This document shows, piece after piece, positions 1 through 9,799 of a stretch of 64,000 nt of DNA. This stretch comes from Candidatus Nealsonbacteria bacterium (GTDB lineage: Bacteria > Patescibacteriota > Minisyncoccia > Minisyncoccales > MHMH01). A program made the translations under genes and the position numbers. The notes below the pieces were generated by a model, which ran no database searches, was not told where the DNA came from, and saw nothing but the letters and a program-made list of their open reading frames with translations. Where the stretch lies: contig JACPGX010000002.1 of assembly GCA_016188865.1 (NCBI GenBank), positions 66,398 through 130,397 on the forward strand, read 5' to 3'. Each line of letters opens with the position of its first letter. The stretch's first letter is position 1.

Positions 1-1251
1 GGTCGGGTTGCCAGCTTCATCATGAGTCAAGCCAGTCGCCCGCCATTCAAAGCCCTCCATACCGGGCAAAGCCATCGGCGAAACGTAATCGCGGGTAATT
101 TTATAACGAAGATATTTGTTTTTGTCTTCCGGCAAGGGTAAAAGTCTGTTTTCGATTAGATAAATCTTTTTTAGAAAATCATCTGTAATCTGGGAAGTTT
201 GGCTGAGATACTGATCGGAAAGCAGAATTACCGGAACCTGATATTTTTCAGATATATTAAACGCCTCGAAGGTTAGCCTATAGCATTCTTCAAAATTATA
301 AGGAGCCAAAACCACTCTTGGGGCATAGCCATGTCCGCTAAAAATAACCGTAGCTAAATCAGCTTGCTCCATTTTTGTTGGTATACCGGTAGATGGCCCT
401 ACCCGTTGCGCATCAACAATAATCAAGGAAATTTCACAGGAAGAAGCAAGATTGATCATTTCAACCATTAAATCTAAGCCCGGCCCCGAAGTGGCAGTCA
501 TTGACTTTACGCCAGCTAACGATGCTCCCAGAATCATGCCGATGGAAGCAATCTCGCTTTCTCCCTGGACAAAACAACCGCCAATTTTTGACAATTCATG
601 GCTTAAATATTCGCCGATCTCAGAAGCAGGAGTAATGGGGTAAGTTGACGCAAAGCGGCAGCCAGCCCCTAAGGCTCCCCGGCTTATCGCCTGATTGCCA
701 TCAATAATAATAGTTTCTTTCGGGTAAGCCGTGGGCAATTTGATTCGCAGCTGAATTTTTTCAGCTTCGGTCTTACCCGCTTCCACTGCCTCCAAATTTT
801 TATCAGTAAGGAGTTTCTCGCCGGGTCTTAAGGCTTCAAGAATTTCTTTTTCTCTCCATCCTAAAATTTCCAGTAAAAAGCCAAGAGCCACTAAATTCTT
901 GCTCTGTTCCCGGCCGGTTATCTGTGAGCTTATTTTTGCAAAAGATTTCAAAAATTCTTCATCGAATATTTTAGTTTGACTGTTGACTGACAACTCTTCC
1001 TTAAATTTTACGAGTTGCGCTTGGCTAAAGCAGACTAAAATATCGAGGTCGTCTTCAATAAAGCCCTCTTGATTCTCGGCAAGAATAGTGAGTTTGACCG
1101 CTGACTCGCCGCCCCTGATTTGAGGACCGTAATATTTGCTTAACCTGCCGTAATAACCTTTCATTTGGGCTATTTTTAAAAGCAGCTCGCCGACAGTCAC
1201 TACCCCGTCTCCGCCCGCTCCCACTATGCCTATGATTATTCTATCTTTCAT
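1..1251 (-). CDS. korA: 2-oxoglutarate/2-oxoacid:ferredoxin oxidoreductase alpha subunit (gamma-alpha fused type), partial; C-terminus runs off the window
   Basis: Minus-strand frame is open from the ATG at 1251 (SD GGGGAGG upstream) to the window edge. My translation starts MKDRIIIGIVGAGGDGVVTVGELLLKIAQMKGYYGRLSKYYGPQIRGGES and ends ...EWRATGLTHDEAGNPT, which is KorA-like. It is absent from the ORF track because no stop lies in the window. Confidence 0.8.
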   Translation of the reverse strand, partial: MKDRIIIGIVGAGGDGVVTVGELLLKIAQMKGYYGRLSKYYGPQIRGGESAVKLTILAENQEGFIEDDLDILVCFSQAQLVKFKEELSVNSQTKIFDEEFLKSFAKISSQITGREQSKNLVALGFLLEILGWREKEILEALRPGEKLLTDKNLEAVEAGKTEAEKIQLRIKLPTAYPKETIIIDGNQAISRGALGAGCRFASTYPITPASEIGEYLSHELSKIGGCFVQGESEIASIGMILGASLAGVKSMTATSGPGLDLMVEMINLASSCEISLIIVDAQRVGPSTGIPTKMEQADLATVIFSGHGYAPRVVLAPYNFEECYRLTFEAFNISEKYQVPVILLSDQYLSQTSQITDDFLKKIYLIENRLLPLPEDKNKYLRYKITRDYVSPMALPGMEGFEWRATGLTHDEAGNPT

Positions 1252-1355
1252 TTTCTGCCTCCCCTAGGGCTTAATGTCAAAGTACTCAAATTATGCTATC
1301 CCCCAGTTATGCAAAAGTCAACTATGCGCACGGTAAAAACAAAAAGAGAGGCTTA

Positions 1356-2237
1356 TTAATATCCTCTCTTTAATACTTGTTTTAATTTTTTATCAACTTC
1401 GTCAATGGTTTTAGCCACTGGAATGCCGGCTGATTCCAACGCCTCAATTTTTTCTTTGGCCGTGCCTTTTCCATCGGAAATAATAGCTCCGGCATGGCCC
1501 ATTCTTTTTTCCGGCGGAGCTGATAAGCCGCAGATATAGGCGACTACCGGATGGGTCAATCTAGTAGAAATCCATTTGGCTGTTTCTTCTTCAGCGCTGC
1601 CGCCGATTTCCCCCACCATCACCACTGCTTTAGTTTCTTTGTCTTTGTCAAAAAGCTCAAGGCAATCAATAAAATCCATGCCGACAATCGGATCGCCGCC
1701 TATGCCGACACAAGTTGACTGGCCGAATCCTTTTTTTGAGAGTCGCGCTGCGATTTCATAAGTTAAAGTGCCCGACCGCGAAATAATACCTATTTTCCCG
1801 GGACGAAAAATATTGGCAGGCATAATACCTATTTTAATTTTTTCTTTCGGAGAAATTATTCCGGGACAATTAGGGCCGATAAGCTTAGTCTTGCTTCCCC
1901 TAAGACAACTTTTTATTTTCATCATATCGTGAACGGGAATTCCCTCGGTAATGCAAACGACCAACTCAAGCTTAGCTTCAATGGCCTCTACAATTGCGCC
2001 GGCAGCGAACTTTGCCGGGACGAAAATAATTGAGGTATTGACTCTTTGCTCTTTTACGGCTTCTGCCACAGTATTATATACCGGGATTCCTTCAAAATCG
2101 GTATTTCCCTTGCCCGGAACAACGCCAGCTGAAATATTGGTACCGTAATCTCTGCAAAGCTTAGCGTGAAAGCTCCCTTGAGCGCCGGTAATACCCTGAA
2201 CGACAACTCGCGTTTCTTGATTTATTAAAATACTCAT
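1356..2237 (-). CDS. sucD: succinyl-CoA synthetase alpha subunit
   Basis: 293 aa. N-terminus VVVQGITGAQGSFH, plus SRSGTLTYE and MGHAGAII segments typical of the CoA-ligase alpha chain. Start overlaps the sucC stop by 4 nt. Confidence 0.95.
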   Translation of the reverse strand: MSILINQETRVVVQGITGAQGSFHAKLCRDYGTNISAGVVPGKGNTDFEGIPVYNTVAEAVKEQRVNTSIIFVPAKFAAGAIVEAIEAKLELVVCITEGIPVHDMMKIKSCLRGSKTKLIGPNCPGIISPKEKIKIGIMPANIFRPGKIGIISRSGTLTYEIAARLSKKGFGQSTCVGIGGDPIVGMDFIDCLELFDKDKETKAVVMVGEIGGSAEEETAKWISTRLTHPVVAYICGLSAPPEKRMGHAGAIISDGKGTAKEKIEALESAGIPVAKTIDEVDKKLKQVLKRGY

Positions 2238-3319
2238 CTGACTGCTCCTATCGCCAGTTTTGCGCCGTCTGTAAGGCTCGATGCTTTTTGGAACCTTATT
2301 CCTGATTTTTTCAATATCTGAAAACCCTCTTTGGCGTTGGTTCCCTCAAAGCGAACGATCAATGGTAAGTCAATTTTTTTATTCTGAAAAGCCATGGAAA
2401 CTCCTTGGGCCACCAAATCGCACCGGGAAATGCCGCCAAAGATATTAATAAAAACTGCTTTTACCTCTGGATCTTCGGCAATAACCTGGAAAGCTCTTCT
2501 AATTTTTTCCGGGTCAGCTCCTCCGCCCACATCTAGAAAATTGGCTGGCTCCCCTCCAAAAAGCTTGATAGTGTCCATGCTAGCCATAGCCAATCCTGCG
2601 CCATTAACCATACAGCCAATATTGCCGTCAAGCTTAATATAGTTAAGTTCGGAAACATCTGAAAATTTTTGATTCTCAAGCTGGCGGAATAAAGCGTTAT
2701 CATCAAAAACTATTTTGGCGTCCAAAGCATAAAGCTTATCATCTTCAGCCAAAACCAAAGGATTAATCTCTACCAATAAGCACTCTCTTTCTTTAAAAAC
2801 TCTCCAGAGCGCCGAAGCAACGGGCATCATGTCAGCTTTTACTCCATGAAAATCAATAAAGCCCTTAACAGGATCAATGTATTCTTTATATATCCTCTCC
2901 GGATGTTCTTTAGCGACTTCTTCTATAGAAGCGCCTCCGCTTGGGCAAAAAACAATCACCGGACATTCTTTCTGCCTGTCTACGGTTATCGCTAAATAAA
3001 ATTCTTTCTTAATGCCTAATTTTTCCTGAACGAGCACTTTATCGACCATCAGTCCTTCAGCCGAAGTTTGCGCGGTCGCCAAACGATGGCCGAGCATTTG
3101 ACTGGTAACCATTATTAATTCTTCAAGGCCGGCTGCTTCCTTCACGCCGCCTGCCTTACCTCTGCCGCCGGCCGTAATTTGAGCTTTAACCATCACTGGA
3201 AAACCAAGCTCTTGGGCTATAATCTCAGCTTCCCTAAGACTATCAGCCACTCTGCCCCGGGGAATCGGAATGCCGTATTCTTTAAATATTTCTTTTGCTT
3301 GATACTCATGAATTTTCAT
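2234..3319 (-). CDS. sucC: succinyl-CoA synthetase beta subunit (short, 361 aa)
   Basis: ATP-grasp N-terminus MKIHEYQAKEIFKEYGIPIP. Translationally coupled to sucD. SD GGAGAAGGAG upstream. Confidence 0.9.
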   Translation of the reverse strand: MKIHEYQAKEIFKEYGIPIPRGRVADSLREAEIIAQELGFPVMVKAQITAGGRGKAGGVKEAAGLEELIMVTSQMLGHRLATAQTSAEGLMVDKVLVQEKLGIKKEFYLAITVDRQKECPVIVFCPSGGASIEEVAKEHPERIYKEYIDPVKGFIDFHGVKADMMPVASALWRVFKERECLLVEINPLVLAEDDKLYALDAKIVFDDNALFRQLENQKFSDVSELNYIKLDGNIGCMVNGAGLAMASMDTIKLFGGEPANFLDVGGGADPEKIRRAFQVIAEDPEVKAVFINIFGGISRCDLVAQGVSMAFQNKKIDLPLIVRFEGTNAKEGFQILKKSGIRFQKASSLTDGAKLAIGAVR

Positions 3320-3457
3320 TTCCCCACTACTCCTTCTCCATATTCAATTATTAAGGTCTTTCTATATTAATCTAAAAATAACTTTTGTCAATGCTCTGTA
3401 AAAAAACGATCTCCGACGCGGGTGCCGGAGATCGTTCTTTCGCGCTCTGAAATATGG

Positions 3458-4258
3458 CTAGTCGGCCCAAAATACAAAAGTGAATGCCTTTTCATTATTT
3501 CCGAAATCGCGAACAAAAAGAGAGGGTCTGCCTTTTGAATCTTTTCTAATGGCCTTGCCCCACTCAACTGTGTCTGCGGTACCTGCGGCATCTATTGCAA
3601 TGTTATTCCCGCGTCCGCTAAAAACCGTTTGACCAATCGTTATAACGGTATCGAGATGGGCATAAATTGCCTCAAGTTGTTCGTAGTCATGCGCATTGGG
3701 ATGTTCATTTGAAAGCGGGCCGTCTGGATCGCTGGTATAATCCATGCAAGTGCCAAGATTGGAATTTGAAAAATTCTCATCCTGATGATCGAGACCGAAT
3801 GTATGGCCGATTTCCTGGCACATCACAAGTCGCCTCCAAGCGGGAGTGTTATAAGTGGCGGTGTTAAAATAACTATCATTTACCTTAACTACGCCCTTGG
3901 TAATATGATCGCCCTGCACCCCTATTGAAGCTAAGCCCAGCCACCCGTTAAATCCGTATTTGCTGCTGCAAACTTCTACGCGTCCGTTCGCTGCCTTGCA
4001 CGATTTAGGATTAGTGCCACCGCTGACAATCGCAGTATCCAGCACGGAAGAAGCGCTCCAATCAAACGAAGCCTCTCCGAGATAAGCGTCCCACTGGCTT
4101 GAAACATTGTCCCCGAGCTTAAGCTCAAAGGGGTTGGATTGGCGCTCCCAATGATAATTTCCCCAAGAATGATTCGCATATGCGGCTGCTCCGACAAAAG
4201 CGAAAACGGCGAGAGAAATGATGATTGCCTTCCTTGTCTGAAATTTTATAGAATTCAT
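3458..4258 (-). CDS. secreted metzincin-like protein with variant zinc motif QEIGHTFGLDH
   Basis: 266 aa with an N-terminal signal-like hydrophobic segment (IIISLAVFAFVGAAAYA). The motif at 3785-3817 fits HExxHxxGxxH except that the first His is Gln. No SD upstream. Confidence 0.55.
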   Translation of the reverse strand: MNSIKFQTRKAIIISLAVFAFVGAAAYANHSWGNYHWERQSNPFELKLGDNVSSQWDAYLGEASFDWSASSVLDTAIVSGGTNPKSCKAANGRVEVCSSKYGFNGWLGLASIGVQGDHITKGVVKVNDSYFNTATYNTPAWRRLVMCQEIGHTFGLDHQDENFSNSNLGTCMDYTSDPDGPLSNEHPNAHDYEQLEAIYAHLDTVITIGQTVFSGRGNNIAIDAAGTADTVEWGKAIRKDSKGRPSLFVRDFGNNEKAFTFVFWAD

Positions 4259-4474
4259 ATTGAGTTTAATTAATTTTGACGAATAAAATAAGTTTTCGAC
4301 CTTTGTTCGGCAACCTAATAGCGTTAATTATGTTTTATTATATCAAATTATAAAAAAAGAGCAAATTAAATATTAATCAATGCCCCTGCCCGTTGTTGCT
4401 AAAGTCGTTGACTATCAATGGAATTAGTGATAATAAATTAAGAGTTATTTTGCTCTTTGAAAAGGGGGTAAAAA

Positions 4475-5103
4475 TGAGGAAGGCTATTTTTTGGCATACG
4501 GCTTTAGCGGTTTTGCAGACATTGACCGGAATATTTTTGGCTAGTTTTTTGTTATTTCATTTGCTGGGAAATTCTGTCATTAACTTCGGCGAAAACGCAA
4601 TGAATTCTTACATGAGCCATCTTGATAAGACAACTTTTTTGATCAAAGCCGGCATCTGGCTTTTGGGCATTGCGCTTTTGACGCACGGCCTTAATGGCTT
4701 AAGAATAGTTTTGCGCTATTTCAGAAAAACCTCGGAAATTCCCGGCTTTCTAGATGATACAAAATACCGCAATTCTTTTTTGTGGTATGTCCATTTTTCC
4801 GCAGGTCTATTGATTGCAATTTTTGTGGCAGTCCACTTGGCTCTGGCTTATTTCGGAGAAAAAGAATCAGTAACCACGGTTGAACTGATAAAAAAGCGCC
4901 TTCAGAACGATTACTACTTTATTTTAATGAATTTGTTTTTGATTGCGGTGATTTTCCACGCCTGCTACGGCATAAGGAGCATTTTTGTGAAATACGGGTT
5001 TTTAGTCAAACACCAAAGAAAAATCAGCATTATCTTGCTAATTTTGGGAATTATTTTTACGCTCTTGGGAATGAATAATTTGATGCTTTATGGAGGAGGT
5101 TAA
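4475..5103 (+). CDS. sdhC: succinate dehydrogenase/fumarate reductase cytochrome b membrane subunit
   Basis: ATG at 4475 follows a GGGGG SD. Polytopic hydrophobic protein with several His residues, directly upstream of sdhA. The ORF-track TTG start at 4393 is judged an upstream extension. Confidence 0.7.
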
Positions 5104-5105
5104 AA

Positions 5106-6851
5106 ATGGACGCATATTTTTCCGATGCGCTGATAATTGGCGCGGGATTGGCTGGAGAAAGAGCGGCAATTGAGATTGCCTCTGAGGGTTTTTCTGTGAA
5201 TATAATTTCTTTGGTGCCGCCGAGGCAGTCGCATTCCAATGCTGCCCAGGGAGGCGTTCAAGCGTCTTTAAACAACACGAAAGAAACCGCAGATGACAAC
5301 TGGCGAATTCATTTTGACGATACGGTCAAGGGCTCCGACTGGGGCGCTGACCAGAGAGTTGTTGAAAAAATTTGCAAATTAGCCCCAGAACTCGTAAGGC
5401 AATTTGATTATTGGGGAGCTGCCTTTTCCAGAACTAAAGAGGGGAAAATCAACCAGCGAGCATTCGGCGGAGCATCAAAACCGAGATGCGCTTTTGCTTC
5501 TGACGAAACCGGCCACATTCTTCTTAATATTCTTGATTCGCAAGTCATGGCCTTAAAGATTCCGATTTTCATCAGGCGCCAGCTGCTTTCCCTGATATAT
5601 ACCAACGAAGAAGTAATCGGAGTCACCGCCTTAAATTTAGTTAAAGGAACCATTGAAGTATTTACGGCAAAAGTAATTATTTTAGCCACTGGCGGGGCTG
5701 GCAGGCTGTATGAGGAAACAACAAATTCTCGAATATCTTTCGGCGACGGCTGCGCAGTTGCTTTAGAAACAGGATTAGTCCCTGTAGGAAACCCTGAAGC
5801 CATCCAATTCCACCCGACTTGTTTAGTGCCGACATCTATTCTGGTAACAGAAGGATGCCGCGGCGATGGCGGGGTGCTTTTGGACAAAAACGGTAGAGAG
5901 TTTATGGGAGATTATTGCCCCACCATGAAAAATCCCAATCTTGCTTCCCGCGACGTAGTTTCTCGCTCAATGATGCGCCATATCAAAAAGAACTTTGGCG
6001 TTGAAAGCCCTTACGGACCGCATCTTTGGCTGGATATAAAGAGATTGGGCAAAGAACATATAAAAACAAAATTGTCTGGCGTTGATCTTCTTTGCCGAGA
6101 TTACGTTAATGTTAATCCCATTAAAGAGTATATTCCTGTCAGGCCGAGTCAACATTACACTATGTTCGGAATTAAAACAGGGGAATCGTGCGAAGTTTAT
6201 GGATTAGCAAGATTATTTGCCGTGGGCGAATGCGCTTGCTGGGACGTGCACGGTTTTAACAGACTTGGCGGCAATAGTCTTTTGGAAACAATCGCTGCAG
6301 GCTATACCGCCGGGCAAGAAGCTGGCAAGTACCTGTATATGGAAAACACCCAAAACTTTTCCGATTTAAAAATTGCTGAAGAATATCAAAAACAAACAAA
6401 GCGGCTTGAAGAATTAACGAAAAATCGCGGCAAGGAAAATGTCTTTGGGGTCTATCGCGAAATCCAAAAAACACTTACTGAAAAAGTGGGAATTTTCAGA
6501 AAAGAAAACGAGTTGAAAGAGGCAGTAGCAAAACTTGCTATTCTTTGCGGAAAAACCCAACGCATAAAATTAGGGTATAGAGAAACAGCAGCAAACTTGG
6601 AACTCCAGCTTGCCTTGCGCTTGCCGGGAATGGCCAAGCTTGCTCTTTGCACCGCCCAAGCCGCGCTTTTAAGAAAAGAGTCGCGAGGCAGTCATTACCG
6701 GGAAGATTATCCTGACCGCGATGATAAAAATTGGCTGAAAAGAACTTTAGCTTATTTTCCGGAAGAAAACGATCTGCCGAGAATAGAATATGAACCAGTG
6801 GAAATCACCTTGCTGCCGCCCGGCGACAGGGGCTACGGAGAAAAGAAATGA
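5106..6851 (+). CDS. sdhA: succinate dehydrogenase/fumarate reductase flavoprotein subunit
   Basis: 581 aa. FAD-binding N-terminus IIGAGLAGERAA, then QFHPT...TEGCRGDGG and a C-terminal ESRGSHYREDYP. Confidence 0.95.
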   Translation: MDAYFSDALIIGAGLAGERAAIEIASEGFSVNIISLVPPRQSHSNAAQGGVQASLNNTKETADDNWRIHFDDTVKGSDWGADQRVVEKICKLAPELVRQFDYWGAAFSRTKEGKINQRAFGGASKPRCAFASDETGHILLNILDSQVMALKIPIFIRRQLLSLIYTNEEVIGVTALNLVKGTIEVFTAKVIILATGGAGRLYEETTNSRISFGDGCAVALETGLVPVGNPEAIQFHPTCLVPTSILVTEGCRGDGGVLLDKNGREFMGDYCPTMKNPNLASRDVVSRSMMRHIKKNFGVESPYGPHLWLDIKRLGKEHIKTKLSGVDLLCRDYVNVNPIKEYIPVRPSQHYTMFGIKTGESCEVYGLARLFAVGECACWDVHGFNRLGGNSLLETIAAGYTAGQEAGKYLYMENTQNFSDLKIAEEYQKQTKRLEELTKNRGKENVFGVYREIQKTLTEKVGIFRKENELKEAVAKLAILCGKTQRIKLGYRETAANLELQLALRLPGMAKLALCTAQAALLRKESRGSHYREDYPDRDDKNWLKRTLAYFPEENDLPRIEYEPVEITLLPPGDRGYGEKK

Positions 6852-7555
6852 GAGAATTAAAAGTTAAAATCGCTCGGGGAAACAAAAATTTCAGTGAATT
6901 TTCAGTTCAAGAAAAACCGAGAATGAGCGTCCTTTTGCTGCTCGATGAAATATTAGAAACTCAAGATTCCAGCATTTATTACGAATCGGTTTGCCGTTCG
7001 TCTATTTGCGGCTCTTGCGCCGTCAAAATCAACGGCCAGCCGAAGTTAGCCTGCAAAACGCAAACATCGTCATTGCCAGAAAACATAACTTTAGAGCCCT
7101 TGGACTTTTTCCCGCTGATTAAAGATTTGGCAACCGATAAATCAAGATTCTTTCTGGAATTAAATAGAAAGCTGGAGACATGGATACATCCATCAAAACC
7201 TTTTTCGGGAAAAGACGAAATAATGCCGGAGGAAGTTTCCGCCAAACTTTACGAAAGAGAAAGATGCATTGAATGCGGGATTTGCGTATCTGCCTGCCCG
7301 GCTGCCAGCTTCACGAATTTTATGTCAGCCTCGGGCACGCAAAAAGCCTTGAGATTTCTCGATGACCCGCGCAATAGCAAAGAAGCCCAAGAAAAACTGA
7401 TTGCAGTTCTTGCTTCAGATGAAGGATTGTGGGGCTGCCACGGCGTCGGCGCTTGCGAAAACTTCTGCCCGAAAGAAATACCCCTGACTCGCCAGTTAGC
7501 CGAAAGCCGCAGGGAAATTATAAAACTGATTCTCAGAGATTGGTTTAAAAAATAA
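6848..7555 (+). CDS. sdhB: succinate dehydrogenase/fumarate reductase iron-sulfur subunit
   Basis: 235 aa. 2Fe-2S Cys cluster CRSSICGSCAVKING, ferredoxin-type CIECGICVSACP, and a C-terminal CENFCP. 4-nt overlap with sdhA. Confidence 0.9.
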   Translation: MRELKVKIARGNKNFSEFSVQEKPRMSVLLLLDEILETQDSSIYYESVCRSSICGSCAVKINGQPKLACKTQTSSLPENITLEPLDFFPLIKDLATDKSRFFLELNRKLETWIHPSKPFSGKDEIMPEEVSAKLYERERCIECGICVSACPAASFTNFMSASGTQKALRFLDDPRNSKEAQEKLIAVLASDEGLWGCHGVGACENFCPKEIPLTRQLAESRREIIKLILRDWFKK

Positions 7556-7557
7556 GT

Positions 7558-7620
7558 GTAGCACCACCTGGTGGTGCTACAAAAAAGCCTCGCTTTCTTA
7601 AGGCGGGGCTTTGTATTTTT
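7558..7620. terminator. convergent terminator pair between sdhB and the minus-strand fumarase operon
   Basis: Perfect palindrome GTAGCACCACC-T-GGTGGTGCTAC (7558-7580) flanked by A/T runs. It is followed by AGCCTCGC...GCGGGGCT plus a T-run (about 7586-7620). Confidence 0.6.
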
Positions 7621-8404
7621 AACTCAAGCATTTTCTGCAGATTCCACATCTAAAATGCGCGGACTGTCCGAAAAAATCAGGCGGGCAAACCATTTTCTTT
7701 TGTTCTGCGGTTAAGCTTTTCCACCAAGGAGCTTGGGTGGGAATCGGCAAGTCTCTGCCCCGCAATCCATAAGCGGGGAAGATAACCGACCCCTTGGGTA
7801 AATCTTCGGGCACCTCTCCCTCTACGGTAAGATAACAAATCCTGAAGTCATATTTTCGGTGAACCCTGCGCGCTTTTTTATAGTTATCTTTATCGGCCGA
7901 AAGGTTAATAACTAAATTTTTAGCTCCAACTAAGGGAGTAAGATATTGGAAAGACCTGGTATAAATCACGAATTTTACATCCGGGGCAGCGTCGCAAACC
8001 TTGCGGATGAAACGAGCATATTTTATGGAAAAGATATCGCCTGAAACATGCCAACGAAATCCGCCGGGACAATGCTCGGAAATCCATGTGGAAAATGCGC
8101 TTACAGTTTTTTTAAAATAATGCGGGTTATCCAGAATCCGACGGATGGTCCTGCTGTTCTCCCGATACTTTCGGTGAACCTCGGCTTCTTGCTTTTCCAA
8201 ACCGTGGACATAACAGGTGTTTTTGCAGGTGGGGGTGGCGAAGGGGCAATCTTGAACCTGAACCAATGAAAAAGCGTTAGCAATGGGTTTATCGAATGTT
8301 CCGTTCGTAAAAGTTATTTTACCGTTGCCGTCAAACCAAAAAGTAAATTCTGTTCCGTCCGGCATCGCAAGGGGCAGTTTTTCCAAAGCAAATTTAGTTG
8401 GCAA
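7619..8404 (-). CDS. Cys-rich hypothetical protein, last gene of the malic enzyme/fumarase operon
   Basis: ORF 7619-8431. The TTG at 8404 lies 5 nt after GGAGG, so I prefer it as the start. Cys clusters: CPFATPTCKNTC near the N-terminus and CPPDFFGQSAHFRCGICRKC at the C-terminus. I recognise no family with confidence. Confidence 0.5.
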   Translation of the reverse strand: MPTKFALEKLPLAMPDGTEFTFWFDGNGKITFTNGTFDKPIANAFSLVQVQDCPFATPTCKNTCYVHGLEKQEAEVHRKYRENSRTIRRILDNPHYFKKTVSAFSTWISEHCPGGFRWHVSGDIFSIKYARFIRKVCDAAPDVKFVIYTRSFQYLTPLVGAKNLVINLSADKDNYKKARRVHRKYDFRICYLTVEGEVPEDLPKGSVIFPAYGLRGRDLPIPTQAPWWKSLTAEQKKMVCPPDFFGQSAHFRCGICRKCLS

Positions 8405-8960
8405 TTTTTCCTCCTTGCTTATATTTTTCAATTCCTTCTCTATAAAGATCGTTTCCTAAAACATCGTTAATGACAATTAAGGGAAAATTTTCAACTATTA
8501 ACTCGTAAATTGCTTCGGCCCCTAAATCTTCGTAGGCAATCACTTTGGCCGACTTAATGCTTTTTGAAATTAAAGCTCCGACTCCGCCCGTCGCACCGAA
8601 ATAAACGCACTGGTATTTTTTCATAGCTTCAATAACAGACTGCGATCTCATGCCCTTGCCAATCATTCCCTTAAGGCCGATTTCCATCAAGCGCGGCGCA
8701 TACGCATCCATTCTGCCTGAAGTGGTCGGTCCAGCGGAACCAATAACTTGACCCGGCCTTGCTGGCGAAGGTCCCATGTAATAAATAACCTGCCCTTTTA
8801 CGTCGAAGGGTAGGGTCCTTCCCCTATCCAGTGCTTCAATCATTCTTTTGTGGGCCGCGTCTCGGGCAGAGTAAATTATGCCTGACAGTAAAACTTCGTC
8901 GCCGATTTTCAGTTTTGCCAAATCTTCATCTTTTAGGGGAGTTGTTAAATCAACTTTCAT
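8394..8960 (-). CDS. class I fumarate hydratase (Fe-S hydro-lyase) beta subunit
   Basis: 188 aa. The GPTTSGRMD and GMIGKG segments are typical of FumA/TtdB C-terminal-type subunits. Coupled to the alpha subunit. Confidence 0.9.
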   Translation of the reverse strand: MKVDLTTPLKDEDLAKLKIGDEVLLSGIIYSARDAAHKRMIEALDRGRTLPFDVKGQVIYYMGPSPARPGQVIGSAGPTTSGRMDAYAPRLMEIGLKGMIGKGMRSQSVIEAMKKYQCVYFGATGGVGALISKSIKSAKVIAYEDLGAEAIYELIVENFPLIVINDVLGNDLYREGIEKYKQGGKIAN

Positions 8961-9799
8961 AGAATTGCCTCCTTATGCCTTGCCGCATGGCAATTAATAT
9001 TGACTGCCACAGGCAAGCTGGCAATATGGCATGGCTCCATTCCAATAAAAACAGCTAAGGCAGTTCTGCTGCCGCCCAACCCCGCAGGGCCCATGCCGAG
9101 TTTATTTATAGCGGAATATAATTCATACTCAAGAAGATTAAGTTCTCCATCCGTATTAGGCGTGTTCGTACTCCTTAACAGGGCCTTTTTAGCCAAGAAA
9201 GCTGCTCTTTCAAAAGTACCGCCGCCAATGCCTACTCCCACCACGATTGGCGGACAAGAATTAAAACCGGCTTGCTCTACAGTTCCAATAACAAATTTTT
9301 TAATGCCGTCTTTGCCGACCGAAGGGCTAAGCATTGCCAGTCGGCTCATATTTTCCGCGCCTCCGCCCTTGGGACAAACAATAATTTTCAGTTTATCTCC
9401 GGGCACCATGTAAAGATGGATTACTGCCGGAGTATTATCTCCGGTATTTTTTCTGGTCAAGGGATGGCAAAGTGATTTTCTTAAATAGCCATCTTTATAA
9501 CCCTGCCTGACGCCTTCATTGACGGCATCAAAAAGATTGCCGCTGATTATCCTTACCTCATTGCCCATTTCCAGAAAAACAACGGCTGTTCCGCAGTCTT
9601 GACAAATCGGTATCTTCTCTTCCGCGGCTATTTTATTATTTTCCAGTATTTGGCTAAGCGCTGCTTGCCCCAAAGGAGAAACCTCTCGGCTTGCAGCATA
9701 ATTTAAAGAAGCTAAGACATCCGAAGGCAAAAAAAGATTCGCCTCCTGGCAAAGATTGGCCACAGTTTTTGCTACCTTCGCGCAGCTAATTCTTCTCAT
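8957..9799 (-). CDS. class I fumarate hydratase (Fe-S hydro-lyase) alpha subunit
   Basis: 280 aa. Contains the cluster-binding region ICQDCGTAVVF. SD AGGAG upstream. The start abuts the malic enzyme stop. Confidence 0.9.
   Translation of the reverse strand: MRRISCAKVAKTVANLCQEANLFLPSDVLASLNYAASREVSPLGQAALSQILENNKIAAEEKIPICQDCGTAVVFLEMGNEVRIISGNLFDAVNEGVRQGYKDGYLRKSLCHPLTRKNTGDNTPAVIHLYMVPGDKLKIIVCPKGGGAENMSRLAMLSPSVGKDGIKKFVIGTVEQAGFNSCPPIVVGVGIGGGTFERAAFLAKKALLRSTNTPNTDGELNLLEYELYSAINKLGMGPAGLGGSRTALAVFIGMEPCHIASLPVAVNINCHAARHKEAIL

Noticed and set aside
452-643. 63-aa plus-strand ORF from the ORF track
   Set aside because: It lies antisense inside the clearly KorA-like minus-strand reading frame, and it has no SD or promoter.
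3388-3591. 67-aa minus-strand ORF overlapping the 3' end of the metzincin-like gene
   Set aside because: It overlaps a longer ORF that has a signal peptide and a motif, in a different frame. It has no independent support.
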